Shown piece after piece: positions 8,951-23,391 of a DNA stretch of 64,000 nt. The stretch is from Vicugna vicugna. Taxonomy: Eukaryota. The stretch is taken from NCBI GenBank assembly GCA_013265495.1, contig MU058844.1, positions 3,477,895 through 3,541,894 on the forward strand, given 5' to 3'. Within the stretch, counting starts at the first letter, position 1. The number at the start of each line of letters is the position of its first letter. Position numbers and translations under genes: made by a program. Under the pieces are notes generated by a model. The model was not told the DNA's origin, searched no databases, and saw only the letters and a program-made list of their open reading frames with translations.

Positions 8951-11900
8951 ACTTAAAATTTGGTCATTCAGGTTACCATTGAACATTTTTAAAGTAAGTA
9001 TCAGCCATAAATCAGAATGTGAAAATTGGAGAAATCTAATGGAAATGTGATTTATGTTACTGCTCATTTTGAGAGTTTTCTTTTAGTGGCTCTTGAATAG
9101 CAGCTCAGTATGCACTTTTAATCTAGCGTGGTGTTGACAGGAGATGGAACGTCAGGCTGGCTTTTATGGAGCTGCTTTGACACAGTTCTTTTTACTGTCA
9201 TGCCCTAATCCTTCTGCAGACTCCTGGTTTGGAAGCAGAAGTGTGCCTGGGACAAGTCTGAAGTCTGTGACCAGGAAATTCTTTCCTTCCGTCTCATTCT
9301 GTGAACAGTAGTTTCTAAGAGCTCTCATTAAGAAAATTAATCACCCGTCTCATTCTTCTACCTCTGTTTCGAAAGTGACACAAAACCAGGAGCTGGCAGG
9401 ATGAGAATGGCATCTATCCACTTTTAAATATTTACTTCAAAATGATTTCGTGTTAGCAAGATGACACATGTAAAAGCTCTTGAAAAGAAAAAAAAAATTG
9501 GCATGTATCACATTCAGATGAGACACCCCTCTGCCTTACTCAAGAAACCATTACTGTTTGTCCAAGATATTCCAGGGACCAGGAGGACAGAGAAGGAGAA
9601 GCACATCAGTGGGGTAAGGACTCGGGGAGCTCTCTGCTGAATACACAGGGGGACCCTGCTGCGACTGGGCCAAAGGGCTTCTTGTTGAGTTGACTTCAGA
9701 AATACTTTTGCATCTTGTAATTCTAACGAAACACAGCCGCTATCTTATTAGGTTGTTTCCTCTGCTTAATCCCCAAAGGAAATCCCTTTGCTTTTCAAGG
9801 ATAAAAAGTTAGCAGAACAAAGAGAAACTCAGGGGAAGCGCCTGAGCTTTTGCTACAGAATTTCACTGAAGCCTTTCCAAGACCCGAGGATGGGACCCGA
9901 GGGCTATACACTGTTGATTCCTACACCTGGACCGAATGTCAAGGTCTGCGAGAAGATGAATCATTTAGAAACCTGGCATTCTTGCAGGGCGCTGTCGCTT
10001 TTGTAGAACTCTAACAACAACTGTGTCGAAGGCAAAAATCACATAAAAAGTTCAAAGCTGTTAAATCCTCTTTCAGCAAGTAAGACTCAGAAATGCTGAG
10101 GGCAAAGACCCGCAGTGTCTGGTGATGTTGATCATTCTTTCTCTGAAAAGAAGAGATTAAAGATGTGACACAGGGAGAGAAGAGACGAAACCGCTTGAGG
10201 TGGCAGTTCTCACTCAGGGAACGCCTGTCTTCTTCATTTTCGTTCCCACTTTGTGCTTAAATGGAGTGATTAAGGCAAAAGAAACAGAACTTGATTTTGA
10301 ACCATAGAAATCATGATCAGGAGAAACGCGTACATGAAAGGAGTTGTGGGCACCAGGCTCCCAACTTAGTTGTTTCCAATACAGTACACGCTTATTCAAG
10401 AGAGCACATCCCAGCTCAGCTCACACGCAAGGGTGTTCCGGAATCAGCAATGGGAAGTAGTTACACCGTCGCTGTAAAAAGCGAGAGGTGATAAAATCCT
10501 ACATTTATTCACTGTTGATATAAGCATTTGATGTTTGAGATGGACTGGAATAATCCAGTTGCTGTAAAGCCAAAACGTCTTGTAAGCAGCTCCTCCCAAC
10601 CCCTGCTCCGTACCCCCTTTTATCTACTACTGTTGAGCAGGTCGGCTGCTGGCTTAGCCAGAGTTGCATACTGGCATTCAGCAGACGTGTTTTGTTTGGC
10701 CTCTGTAGTATTTTTTTTTTAATTATGTGTCCAGGTTTAAAAAGCAAACAATTTCACATGAAAATCCAGATTTCTGGCTTCCATCGAAAAATAGGAAGAA
10801 CTGGTATTATATGAATGTCATACAGTACATATTACATTTTATAGCTTACATTGGTCCATATCAGGCATCCAGTTTCACGTGGTGCTGCCTTCCAGTCCAC
10901 TTGTCTGCTTGTCTTTGGGGTCTGGACCTGCTGTGTTGAATCAGTATCTGAAGAGTGTGCCTTGTGTGTCTCAGAGGTACAGCTCTCATGATCCTGAAGG
11001 CTTGGAAATGGTAGAACTAAGGAAACACATTTCTTCGTTTGGAAGAAACGGAAATACTGTGACGGACGAGCGCGAGAACCTGGGTCACGAGCACAGTCCC
11101 TTCACACCTGAGCCAGCCCTCTTTCCACTGTTCTAAGCTGCCTCCTTTGGTTTACATTTCAAAATGATAAATATATTTCAAAAACCATAGAGCTTTAAAA
11201 TAATCATATGTTAAAAGTGGGGAAAAAGAAGAAAAATCACACTGTATGATAAGAACAGTGTTAACGTGTTGAGAAAAGACTTTGGGCAGCAGCACTGGGG
11301 AATTTTTTTTCTTCTATTTTCCAAACTGTCTTAATAATTATGTATTAATTTTTATAATGAAGTAAAACTGTATTTTGAAACATTCTAAACAAATCGAAGC
11401 AGACGCTTTGCCTGGTCGTGACCATCCCACCTCCCTGTGCCAGAAACTCATTTCCTCTTGCTTCCCCGCCTGAGACGGGAGGGGAAGTCTGGGGGTGGCC
11501 CAACGTTTTCAGAACCTTCAGTCTTGAACACAGTGGTGGGAAAGTGCCAAGCAGAATTCTGGAGGCAGAGTTACAGATTCTAACCTTGAGTGGAAAAGAA
11601 GAGAGAAAAAAAAAAGCCAAACAAAAGCACAGGCCTTTTGATGCACCCAGTTACAGCGACCTGCATTCGACAATATCCTAAGGTTGATGCAACCAGTAGG
11701 TTTTCTATTCCCTGCACCCAAAAAATATACATAAGAACATTTAAATTTTCTTTCAGGTACTTACCTTCCAAATCCTATGGAAGCAAATTGAAATAGGAGC
11801 CAATCCTTTTGATTATCTCACCCAATGAAGAGGAGTCATCAGGAGATCAGTAGAAAACTCCTCATCGTGTTCCCCTCAAGGGCATACAGAGCATCTTCCA

Positions 11901-12214
11901 TTTTCATTCATTCTTCACAGGTTTGGTTTTAACAATCCTTTTGGGAGTCCTGGGGCCGATCAGGTAGGGAAATCCTTGCCCTGATAATTCAAAAAGCTGA
12001 AAAGAAGGTATCTGTTTGATTTCCTAAAAGTGTTCTGCTTACGCTGGAGACGCAGAGCACGCACTTAGGATGCGCTGCCTGTTTGATGCGCTTCATTTGT
12101 GATGCTGGTTATTGGGGGTGAGGAGGTGGGACTAAGAACTTTAGAGAGAGGCTGGCGGAGAGAGAGGAGGGCCGAGAAGCTGCAACAGCTGGAAGTCATT
12201 TCAGAAGGATGGTT

Positions 12215-12470
12215 TAAATGTTTGGAGATGGTTACCCTGGAGAAGAGAAGACTTGGAAAACACGAGAACTCTTAGTTAAATTCTTGTGGGTTCAAGGATT
12301 GGAGATTCCTTCGATATGTTTCTTGTGATGCTGAAATGTTTAGAAGGATACATGTGAAGATAAAGAAGGTAAGAATCACGGAGACAATGCCCAGCAGGGG
12401 CCAGTGGAGGGGAGGCCAGCTTACGCCGTGGCAGGAAAATTGTAGCTTAGAATAGAAGATGGAACACTGA
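12215..12470 (+). mobile_element. Possible L3/CR1 fragment
   Basis: ctggagaagagaagact motif typical of the CR1/L3 ORF2 3' region. Confidence 0.35.
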
Positions 12471-12806
12471 AGACCAGCTCCTACCCCGAGACGCCATGAG
12501 CCTGTAATTTTCACCTGCTGAACTGGCTGGTCACTGCAGAAGTGACTCTGGGACCAGAGGAGACTCACACATCTGAGATGGCCTTGAGGAGTTTTGTGCC
12601 TCAAGGCTCTGACTCTTCTCTGAGGCAGCTATTCGACAAGAAATAGGCTTAAGGGGTCACTTGTATCCCAAAGTGACCCTAAAAAATTTTAAATCCAAGT
12701 CATTACTAGGGTTGGATTAAAAGAGTAGCAAGTACTTGATGGTAGGAGGCCTAAGTCTCTCAGCTGGTGTCACTATTTTGAATTGAAGCAGTAAAGTCCT
12801 CACACT

Positions 12807-12844
12807 GAGAGAGAGAGAGAGAGTGTGTGTGTGTGTGTGTGTGT
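12807..12844. repeat. Compound (GA)n(GT)n microsatellite
   Basis: Directly visible. Confidence 0.9.
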
Positions 12845-14989
12845 TTGATCTAACACACCTCATCACATAGTAATTTATCAAATGAATTAGACAGTAACTT
12901 AATAACAAGGGGCTGATAATTTCAAGAATGGCAACCAGAGTAGCTGTAGGAGTAACTTGTGACATTAATTTTTAGTAATTTCTTGGGTCTTTTCCTCTGG
13001 GGCAGTATTTAGGGGAAGGAAAAGAAGCAGGGGAAGGAAGAGAAGGAAGGAGAGCGAGTATTTAACCAGGCGCCTGCTCTGGGACAGGCCTGGGCACTTT
13101 CCAAGGCTCCCTACAATGAGCAGGGTGAGCCCTAAGACCTGTCTCTCACCCACCCAGGGTGATGGTCCATCTTCGAAGCCAGCTGTGGTCCTCTGAAAGC
13201 ACTGCGCTTGTGGCATTAACATGGACTATTTCCTGGGAAAAGGGAAAATCCGACCCATGTTGATTTCTGCTCTTTGTTTGCATCAGATCAAACTCAAGCT
13301 TGGATGAGTATTGGCAACTTCTTGGCTGTAGCCCAGCTGACCCAGGAAAGTTACTTACAAATATCTGAATTCACTGATGCTCTTTGGGAATTACTGCAAG
13401 TGTAATAATGACACATTGCTCAGTTCTTAGCACCTTGTGAGGATCTGCCTTGAGAAGGATTTTACTTCAAAATTAGGAGGCAAAAGGTTGAGATAAAGGC
13501 GTAAAGAAAAACCACCTTTGGAATTCAGCCTCCAGTGGGGGAACTGGCGAGCAATCTGTGTTCAGTCTTGTTTTCAGAAGTGTCCTGATTGTAGCTGTGC
13601 TCCTGGAGACCCGGGCTTGCTGGGTGTGGCTAAAGAAAAAGAAAAATCCAACTGTGGGAAAGCATGCGAAGGAAAGAAGAATAGAAAAACAATGGAAAAG
13701 GCAACTCAATTCACTGGCCTTGTTATCCTCCCTCAGTGGGTCAGCCAGTGCCTCTGCCCCTGCCGTCAACACTCAGAGGACCCCTTTCTCACCCCAGGAC
13801 AGGCTAACCAGGTGTGGAACTGCCTGAAATGCTGGTGATCATCTGGGGAGCCTCATGTGGGGAGAGGCTTACCCAGGCCAACTGCAACAGCCCCAGGCCT
13901 CTGCTGGCTTAAGTTCCACCTTGTGGAGGACATCCTGATACCTCCGCCCCAACATCCATCCCACCCCGTCCCCACTGTGTAGCCACCATGTATGAATGGG
14001 TGAGCCCCGGCGGGTCCAAGCTAACAAGCAATCCCATTTCCCTGGATCTGGTGGTTGGTTCAGGAGCAGTCTGAGCAGGATGGGTACAATATGTTCTTTG
14101 CCTGTCTGTGAAGGCGGAAGGATTAGACCCAGTCGCTGCCTACAGCATCTTCAAATCTGGTGACGGAAGTCCCCCTACAGAGAAACTGACACACACAAGA
14201 AGGCAGAGCTGCAAGAATAACAAACAGACTGAGCCTGAGGCCCAACTGCTTTCACGTCTTTCCCATCAGCATCCTCAGTGGTTCACACAGCCTTCGGGAC
14301 CAAGTACCTGGAGAAACACACGGTCACTGGCTGTTATGTGACAGATGTTAAGTGGGAGAGAAAGCGTTCCATGGCCAAAAATGTTTGCAACATACTGAAT
14401 GACACAAAATGCAGCCATCTGTAAGCCATTTATAAACGAATCCATTTTATAAATGTCCAGGAAGGAGCTGCTACATGAAGCATTATGTAGACTTTTTCAA
14501 CTCAGAACCAAATGGACTATTTGTTCTTGTTGTCGTTTGTTTTCTGAGAACATATTAGCGTTTCAAGAAACAGTCTGGAAAGCTTTGCTGAATCACTGTC
14601 AGGTATTTACACCCTAGGAAGCAGCAAGGGAGAGAAGACAGCAGGCACTGGACTTGGAATGTGAGAGAAGCCAGGACAAGAAGCAGAACTGCATCCTTCC
14701 CAGACCTACCCCAGAGCTCCTGGAACTGAGAGGACTTGCTCAGAGGGGGATGTGCCGGCTGGCTGTGCACCATCGACACCCCCGCCCCGGCCCATTTGCA
14801 ATTCAGCAGGCCTGCAGGGGCCCAGGCAAGGGATATACATATATAATACAGATCTAAGTAGATAGAGAGATGTTATCATTCTATATCTTAGACATAATAT
14901 AATAGCGATCCATAGATACAGATATTTGCTACAGACACTTTTGCTTTATTATTACCTACGTATCTATCTTTCTCTACCATCTGTCTATC

Positions 14990-15620
14990 TAGCTAGTCTA
15001 CTTTCCTGAAACAATTGAAAAGTTGCAGACAGGAAGCCCCAGTCCCACCAGAAGTGTCAATGTGAGTTTACTAAAAGACAAGGGCACCCTTCTGCATGAT
15101 ACCCACAATTCAGCCACCAAACGCAGGAAGTTAGAGTTATAAGTATCACTGTGTAATCTGTTCATCCCACTCACATTTCACCTTTGTTCTAATATGTACC
15201 CCCAATTTTTTTTTCCTCTGTTTCTGGTTCCAATTCAGGATAATGTGCCACATTCACTTTTTCCTCCTTTCTTTTTTTATTGATTTATAATCATTTTACA
15301 ATGTTGTGTCAAATTCCAGTGCAGAGCACAATTTTTCAGCCGTACACGCATCCACTTTTGATGCCTCTCTCATATTGTTCAATCTGGAATGATTCTTCAA
15401 TCCGTCCTTGTCATGATGACCTCTACAGTTTTGAAGACTTCACGCCAGTTGTTTTGTCGAATCTCCCTCCACTTGGGTTTCTATCATGCTTCCTTATGCT
15501 CAGCGCTATTTGAGTTTTGCCAGAAATCACCATGGAAGTTGTTGCTCTCAGTATGCCACATCAAAGGACACAAGGTCAACCTGTCCCATTCTTGGAGATG
15601 CTGATTTCGATCTCTGGTCA
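14990..15620 (-). mobile_element. Old L1M 3'UTR fragment interrupted by a young L1 3' tail (~15272-15340)
   Basis: 15272-15340 is a near-exact reverse complement of 34170-34236. Flanks resemble L1MC/ME 3' sequence (tgaaagttgcagaca..., ttttgaagac...gttttgtcgaat). Confidence 0.6.
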
Positions 15621-17269
15621 GAGTTAGGCAGGCGTATCTAAAATAATAAACTTGAGCTAAAATGCCACCGTCCCAACTACAGAGTTACCTTTGCTCCAGC
15701 CACACACAAGACGACGGGAAAAGAGCACAGAATGAAAAGGAAAGTGCAAGAAAGGGTATTACTGAGGACAACCAGACTTTCTCTGTTTAATAATTTCCTT
15801 GATTATGAGTGAGGAGGAAAACATGGTTTTTCTTTCTCTCCCTTTGAACAGAAAAGGGCATGTTATGGTTGGCACATTCAGGAAGTATCAAGTTTGCTGT
15901 TAAACAGATTATGAAACAGGTTTACACAATATCAAGCCATGAGATTATTCTAGGTCATGTTTCTGTCGCTTATTCAGTCACCTATCTGCGTGAATCAATT
16001 TTAACCTCCAAAGTTATCCAGTGTGTAATCCAAGCATTAATAGTGCATTAAGTTGCAAGTGGATCAGAGAAATGCCACCTTGGGGCTGGAAATTCCAACT
16101 GTGGAGCAGCTGTTTCAAAGGTAGGTGGCACCTTTCAGACACAAGGCAGACAGCCTTCTAAAGAACACTCAGGATACCCTGTTTGGAAGGGGGCAGCACC
16201 AGAATCCCTTTCTAGAAGGGGCTTAGAACAGCAATCTGGCTAAAAGAGGGATGGCTAAGGCTTGTCTTCAAGCTATGTCATAGGCAGAACACCTTTAAAA
16301 TTTAAATTACATACAACAGATCAATAAAAGTGCATAAGTCTCCAAATTTGCTTTTAAACCCACCTTATATACTACTGAGACAATGTCCATCATACACACC
16401 AAGTAATACGATTATTTTTATTTGTAGTTTCTTCTATCAGGCCAGTGGGCATTATTGATTCAAACCAGGTGGTGTGTCACAATTCAAGCGAGTCTCAGAA
16501 CAAAGAGGCCAGATATACGCACACGTGTTAGCAGCAGGCTGGTGCAAGCCTTGGACAGCTCCCTCTCCACCACTACAGATGTCAACCAGCATCTTACAGG
16601 CATAGACTGAGGGGGACTTGCTGACATAATCACGGCAGGATTGTACAGGCAACATTTGAGTTCGATCAGGCAAGAGGCTACTGCATGATGTGGAGGGACC
16701 CAGGCTAAGAGACCTCGGACCTCTTGAGAGTCACAAAAAAATCTAAAGGTGCCACATGGCAAAGGAACATTGAGCAGGTTCTTATGTTGCTATTTTCTCA
16801 TTACAAGCTTCTCACTCTGCTTATTACAGAAAAATCAGGAAATATAATCAATAAAAGTATTAGCGATCCATAATCCAATTTGGCATGGACTGCCAATTTT
16901 AAACACGTAGATACGTATAGACTGACATCGACAAATAAATACATATTTCTAAAAAACATGGAAACTTTATACTAAATGTATGCTCGATAGCTTTCAATAT
17001 CAATGTATACACTTGAAAGTCGGCACAGATTAATAAATTGGTTAAATATAACCAATCTGCTACTGTGAGCCTCTTAGATTGTTTGTAACTTCTTGCTGTT
17101 GCAAATAATCGTGCCAGCGAACATCCTGGCAAAGTTCTTTAATCATTTCCTTAAGAAAAAACTTTGGAAGTGATGTTGCCAAGTGAAACTTCATGCATAT
17201 TTAAGTTTTCTTTCTTTCCTTATTTCCTTGTCCTTAAGTAATACGTGTTTATCTCCTTAACAAATGCTT

Positions 17270-18980
17270 CCTATTTCAGTGAGAAAATAGAAGATCGTTT
17301 CCACTCTCCCCCACACCACTTCTCCCACCTTCCAACATCTGTGGGCATGAGTCCTGCCCTCCTTCCTCCTGCAGGAGAACTGGCCTCCCTCTGGGTACTG
17401 GATCCCAGCCCCCCTCACCTGTCCGCAGACACCGCTCCAGCAAGCCTCTTTTCTCCTTCCTGCACCATCAGTTCTTCCTCTCCTTCCTGTGGCTCATTCT
17501 CACCAGCATGCAAACAACTCTTATTTTTCCCATCTTTAAAAACAAATGCACAGAACCATTCTCTTGGCCCCATTTCCACTTCTAACTACAGATCTATTTC
17601 TCTTCTCCCCTTTGCAGCAAACTTCATAAAGAGTTGTCTTCATTCAATGTTTTCCAATTCTTCCCCTTCTTTCTTAAGCCCACGTTAATCAGACTTTCAC
17701 CTGCCCTCTCCACCACAGCTGTTCTTGTCAAGGTCACCCATGACCTCCAAGTTGCCACAGCCAATGGGCAACTTTTGCTTTCAGCCTACCTAGCCAATCA
17801 GCAGCAGCTGAAACTGATCATGAATCCCTCTTCCTTCAAAGGGTGTTTTTCCACGAGGCTGCAGGACACCATGAGCTCCTGGTTGCTCTTCTCCTTCACC
17901 CCTTCCTTCTCAGCATCCTGGCTGGCTCCTCCTCATCTCCATGATCTGAACTCTAGAGTTTTCCAGGAGGCAGGGTGTGGACACCTTTTTGCTGTTTAAA
18001 GGCAGTCTTGTGGTGATCTCATTCAGTCTCTTGGCGACAGATACGTTAACAACCTCCCAAATGTAACTCTCCAGCCCAGGCTCCTTCTCCCACCTGTACC
18101 CTCCCTCCCTACTCCAGATCCAACCACTCCTTGACACTGCAAGTACAGCACGTGCAAAACTGCGCCCCTGGGCTTCCGCCTTCCTGCTCCTCCCACAGGT
18201 GTGTCTCAGTCAGTGGCAACTACAACTAGGCCATAAAGCTCGGAATCCTTCTTGATCTCTCTTTGTCCCCCACACTACCCATCCAAAGCTTCAGCAAACC
18301 CTGTGGGTCACACGTTCAGAATGTATCTAGTACCATACCACTGTCACCATCACTCTGGTCTGAGCCACAAAACCATTTTGCCTGGATTGTTGAAACAGCC
18401 TCATGACTGGTCTTCTTGCTTCCACTTTGCCCGCCTAGAGACTATTCCCAACACAGCCAGAGGGGTAACCCTGAAGGATGTGACAGATAATGTAACTTCT
18501 GCTCAACATCAGACAATGACTTTCCCTCTTACTCAGAGTACAAGCAACGTTACTGTAAAGAGTCTCATGTAATCAGTCTCCCCTCTTGCCTTTCTAGCCT
18601 CACATCCTGTTAGCTTCCCCCATCCTTGCCTGCTCGGTCCTCTGCCTCAGGGCCTTTGCACATGTTATTTGTTCTGCATGGAGGGCGCTCACCACAGACA
18701 CCTGAAAGGCTTACTTCCCCACCTCCTCTTCATTTTTGCTTAACTATCACCTTTCTCTGAGCCCTTCTTGACGCTTGTTTAAAAATCACTTCTCCCACTC
18801 CAGTACTCCTGATAGGCTTCTCCACTTTCTTTTTCTCCATATCACTATATATTTTATTTATTTCCTTTGTTGCCTAGATTCCCCCTGCCGCCATGAGAGT
18901 CTAAGCACCGTGAGATTTGTCGTTGTATCTCCTGCAGCTGTAACAGCCCCCGTTATTCAATATATACCAATCGAGTGAAA
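17270..18980 (+). mobile_element. Long L2 (LINE2) remnant including an RT fragment
   Basis: STTAVLVKVTHDLQVATANGQ resembles the L2 RT motif STETALVKVTNDL. CT-rich body with cctcagggcctttgcacatg and an L2-type 3' end. Confidence 0.85.
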
Positions 18981-19039
18981 AAAATCTCTCCAAAAAGTCA
19001 GAAAAGTAAAATGGGAGAATTAGAAAGACACCCATGTAC

Positions 19040-19541
19040 TTAAAAAGGAAATTTTATTCAGCCGTGGGAAAGCAAGCAATCCTGCCACTTACAATAACAC
19101 GGATGGACCCTGGGGGCATTATGCTAAGTGAAATAAGCCTGACAGAGAAAGAGAGATACTGTGTGATCTCACTTAAAAGTGGAAACTAAAAAAGATGATA
19201 GAAAAGAGAGAAGAGTGGTGGTTACCAGGGGCTGGGGGGAGGGGTTTGGGGAGGTGTTGGTTAAAGGGTACAAACTTCCAGTTATAAATTCCGGGGGTCG
19301 CATATGCAGCATGGTGATTATAGCTAACACTGTAGCATATGCTTGACAGTTGCTAAGAGAGTAGATCTTAAATGTTCTCACTACCCCCCAAATGGTAATT
19401 ATGTAACACGATAGAGGTGTTAGCTAAAGTTATGATAATCATTTTGCAATATGTAATTATCATATCAACACACCGTACACCTTAAACTTATACCATGTTA
19501 CATGTCAGTCAATTATATCTCAATAAAGCTAGGGAAAAAAA
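19040..19541 (+). mobile_element. L1 (L1MA/MB-like) 3' end
   Basis: atggaccctgggggcattatgctaagtgaaataagcc, gtggtggttaccaggggctggggg, and an end at atctcaataaagct...aaaaaa. Confidence 0.85.
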
Positions 19542-20969
19542 TCACCCATAAGCACACTATCCAGAACCACCATTTACATGCATATACACTCTCATTCTTT
19601 TTCCTTTATTTACATGTATTTTCAATGGGGTCACTTGATACATAATTTTAAAACCTGCTTTAAAATATTTGATATGCATATAATTTAGACTTTGAACACA
19701 TGCCCCCACATAGCCTTTCAGAAGTACCAAGTTACACCTTGCCAGGAGTTCATGAGGGTCCGCTTTTGTATCTTCTCCCTCAAATTTGATCTTATCAGGT
19801 TTGTTTTGTGTATAATCCAACCAATATAATAAGTCTGACTCCGATATTGAAATCTTTCTTAGCTGACTTTACTTTCAGTGTCTTCCCAGTTTCCCCTGTC
19901 ACCCTTATCACTTCTCACTGAACACACACACCTCCTCTTTCCTAATAATTGCGGGGAGTCAAGAGAATGGAAAGGGAACACTCTTGCTGGAGAAAATTTC
20001 CAGAATTGGAGAAGCTAGCTTGTTAAAACTCAGAAAGCCTAACAGACTGAATTAGGTTGTGTGGCTTAGCCGAGTGTGGCTACAAGCTACCATTCGCTCG
20101 TGATATTCTGACGACTCACATGGACTACTGCTGCCCTGTATAGTCAACCGGCTGTGCGCTGTGTGACTCCGGGGTGGGGGTTGCCACGGACACAGACTTC
20201 AGTGAGAAGTCACCCCCCTGGGAGTCGTGCCATGTGGCAGCCCCCAAAAGGTCTGGCTAGATTAAGCTCAATTCAGTTTTAGGAATCATTTCTGAGATGC
20301 TTTCTTTCCCTGGCTCTGCCCTTCCCCCTCATCATCTATCGAGCATTTGTCTAAGAAAAGCAGACTTTCTATTGCGATAGTGAAATTTTTTAAGTTATAT
20401 TTTTTGACCCTTTCTCTGGCCAACAAAGAAGGGGATGCAAGCCATTCGGTCCAGTAAAACGACCAGACGAGCCTGCCAAATGCCTTTGCTCACAGGGCTT
20501 TCCTGGGGGTGCTTGGGAGGGAAGCAAACAGCTGAGGTTTGAACCCACCTCTGGTGGGTCAGGCAGCCTCTGGCCTCTCTGGACCCTGATGCCTCGCCTG
20601 CTTTATCTATCTCCTTGTCCCTCAACCCCAACTCGGGCCCCAGGGAGCATGTGACAGGTCTCAGGTGTTTGAATTGAGTATTTTCTCATCGCTGGAAGAA
20701 ATTTTCAAACACTTTTTAGACCTAAGAATCTCTTTCTACCAGACCAGGAATCCAACAAACCCTTACCAAAAATGTTAGCAAACAAAATAGGTCAAGGTGG
20801 AGCTGCTCTGGCTGAAAAGGTCCTACCTCTCCCCTACTGGGGCTCTCTTGAACCTGTAGGCTTCCCAGAAGCAGAATCTGAAACCCAGGCATCTCTGCTG
20901 GACCTCACACACAAAAGGTCCTCCTTCCTCCCGTCCCCACGCAGCCTGTTAGATTCCCCTGGAGACCAG

Positions 20970-21180
20970 AGTGAGGCCTCTGCTTAAGGTGCAAAATTTT
21001 AGAAGGGAAGCACCAAAAAAAGCCCAAAAATCTCAGTCATCAAGACGAAGAGTATTTTGAGGTAATATTTTCAACAGTCAAAAATTAAAGCAAAAAATCC
21101 AGGGTGAACAAGATATTAAGGATCAGTAATGGCACCACGCCGAGCCACACTGGAACCTGAGCCAAAAGGACACATCAGTT
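20970..21180 (+). mobile_element. hAT DNA-transposon fragment (MER96B-like)
   Basis: gtgcaaaattt...caccaaaaaa...ctcagtcatcaaga...gccgagccacactggaacctgagccaaaagga, recognised by eye. Confidence 0.55.
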
Positions 21181-23236
21181 GTACAGATACATAATCTTGA
21201 TAATGGTCTTTATCTTGACTCCAGGGTTTCTGGTGTCCCTTTGAATTTTGGGCCCAAAGTGAGTGCCTCCCTCCCCTCACCTGCCTCTCCTGGTACCTGT
21301 CCATCCATCCCTCCACACTGTCCTACAGCTGGCTGCTTCTCGTAACTCTCCTCCCCTCTTAGACTCCCTGCAGATACAAGGACCAAGACATACTTGTCTG
21401 TATCTCCAACATATGAAGCACGTAGCAGGCGTTTAGTAAATTATCTTTGAAGAAATGAATTGGACCAGCAACCAGTGGCTGTGGGTTTTTCCCATCTCCT
21501 CAGTTCTAACTAGCCCTGTGATCCTGGGCAAATCATAACCTCTCTGGCTTGAGCCTACTCCTCTATGAAATGAAAGACTTGGTAATCTCACATGCCCTTC
21601 TGCATCTGTCAATAGAAGTCATCCATCTGCAGAAGTCCAAGCCTGCCCAGACATTCCCTGCCTCTTGGTTGATGGTATCAGTAAGGCAGCTGCAAGCCTG
21701 CTGGTATCCTGCAGCAGATGACGGAGCTACACGGAGCTGCAGGCAGTGAGGCTACGGTGTTATCTGTAAAACACCCCTAGGCTGGATAATTGCTTTGAAT
21801 TTACATGTTGCTGGGGCTGTATTTTTGAACCATTTAGAGGATAATTTCTCCAGTAATGCTGTCCGGCTTGGGAAATACAAGCGCTGACCTTTAATTAGAC
21901 CAACATATGTTGGGAAATACTTTTCTCCTTCAGTTCCATTCCTGTCAGCCTGTTGTCTTTACATGTGGAGAAAGGCCACAGAAGTACTGAAAAGCACATT
22001 ATGTCCTCCCACCATCCTCTGCCTGTGATTGAGAAGAAAAGAAAGACAAAAGTAGAGCAATTCACCGCAGGTGCAGAAACACGAACGCACGGAGCGCCTA
22101 CGTCCGTCCGCCACGTATGGCCTTCTGTGGGAAGCACCTCAGACAGGGTGCCTGTCCTCAGAGACTTTTCAGACCTTTCCAGGAGAGAAAACGTGAACAC
22201 AGAAGCACCCCAAGGTGGGGAGACGACCAACTACCACGGTGGTCAGGGCAGGAGGAGTCAGACTAGTGGGAGGAAAGGAGGAAGCAAACGGCCTTTAGGT
22301 GTCTCCTGTGTGAGGACTTGAAAACCTTCCCTTGTGTTACCTGTGTGACTATCTTTTTTAAGCGTCAGTATCTCTATTATACTAATAAGGGCTCTAGACT
22401 TGGAGCAAAAGCCAATCCGGAAGCATAATTTGCTTTCCCAAAGTGTTCATGTGCAAGTTCTCCAATATGTTGGAAATGGATTACCTGACCTGGACACTTA
22501 ACCTGATGAGCAAACATTGCTCGTCTCACTTGCCCCTCAGTGATACAGGCCTCGGCTTGCAAGCGGATTTTATTTAACTCTCTAATCCATGGAGTATCTG
22601 CTCATTAGGCTATCGCCAAGGTTGGGAACCTCAAGTTGGGGAATTTAAAACAGGCCGTTAGTCTCACTTTCACACTAAATATAATTTAAGCCTTATCACT
22701 GGACCATCAGACACAAAGGCTCCCACATATTATTTGGTAGTTCCCAAATTTGGTCACTGGATTCAGTGACCAAAGTTCCCCAGCTGGCTCCCTGGGCCGG
22801 GATTTTGCCTTTCTCCTTCCCAGAGGCAAACTAGATCCTGGAGGTTTCCATCAAGGAGGGCTCCAGGGGAAAGCAGCCTCCTCTGTCATTCTAAAGCCAA
22901 ACCCTTGAAACAAAAGCTTTGGGACAGCAAAGCCTATGAAAACCTGCTGGGAGCTTTTTTCTTTTGTGTCTTTCCTTTTTTTTTTAATGAGTTTACCCTG
23001 TGGTGGTTCTACCTGCCCTTCCTCCTCTACCCTTGACCCCAGGTAATGGCAAAGGGGGTTGAGATTCAACCATCCAGGAAAGCTGGCAGTTTGGCAGCCT
23101 TGGAATGTGGTGGCTTGTTTATCTAGGGTACAAACACGGGCCAGAAACACACACAGGCCTCAGCTTCAGTGTGAGGGACCCAACTTCTCATTGGGAAGCA
23201 GAGGAACTGAACAATTTCTCAAAGATTCATAAAAGT

Positions 23237-23391
23237 GGGGAGCGTATAGCTCAGTGGTAGAGTGCATACTTAGCATGCATGAGGTCATAGGTTTGATTCC
23301 CAGTACCTCTGTTAAATTAAAAATTAATAAACAAACCAACAAACCTAATTACCTCCCCCCACAAAAAGCCAAAAACAAAAAATTTTTAAAA
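23237..23391 (+). mobile_element. tRNA-derived SINE (Vic-1-like, camelid)
   Basis: GGGGAGCGTATAGCTCAGTGGTAGAG (A box), GGTTTGATTCC (B box), A-rich tail. Imperfect TSD aaagattcataaaa / aaagattcctaaga. Confidence 0.8.

Noticed and set aside
23237..23310. tRNA-like sequence as a real tRNA gene
   Set aside because: Degenerate stems, an A-rich tail with TSD, and a second diverged copy at 37364-37454 indicate a SINE.
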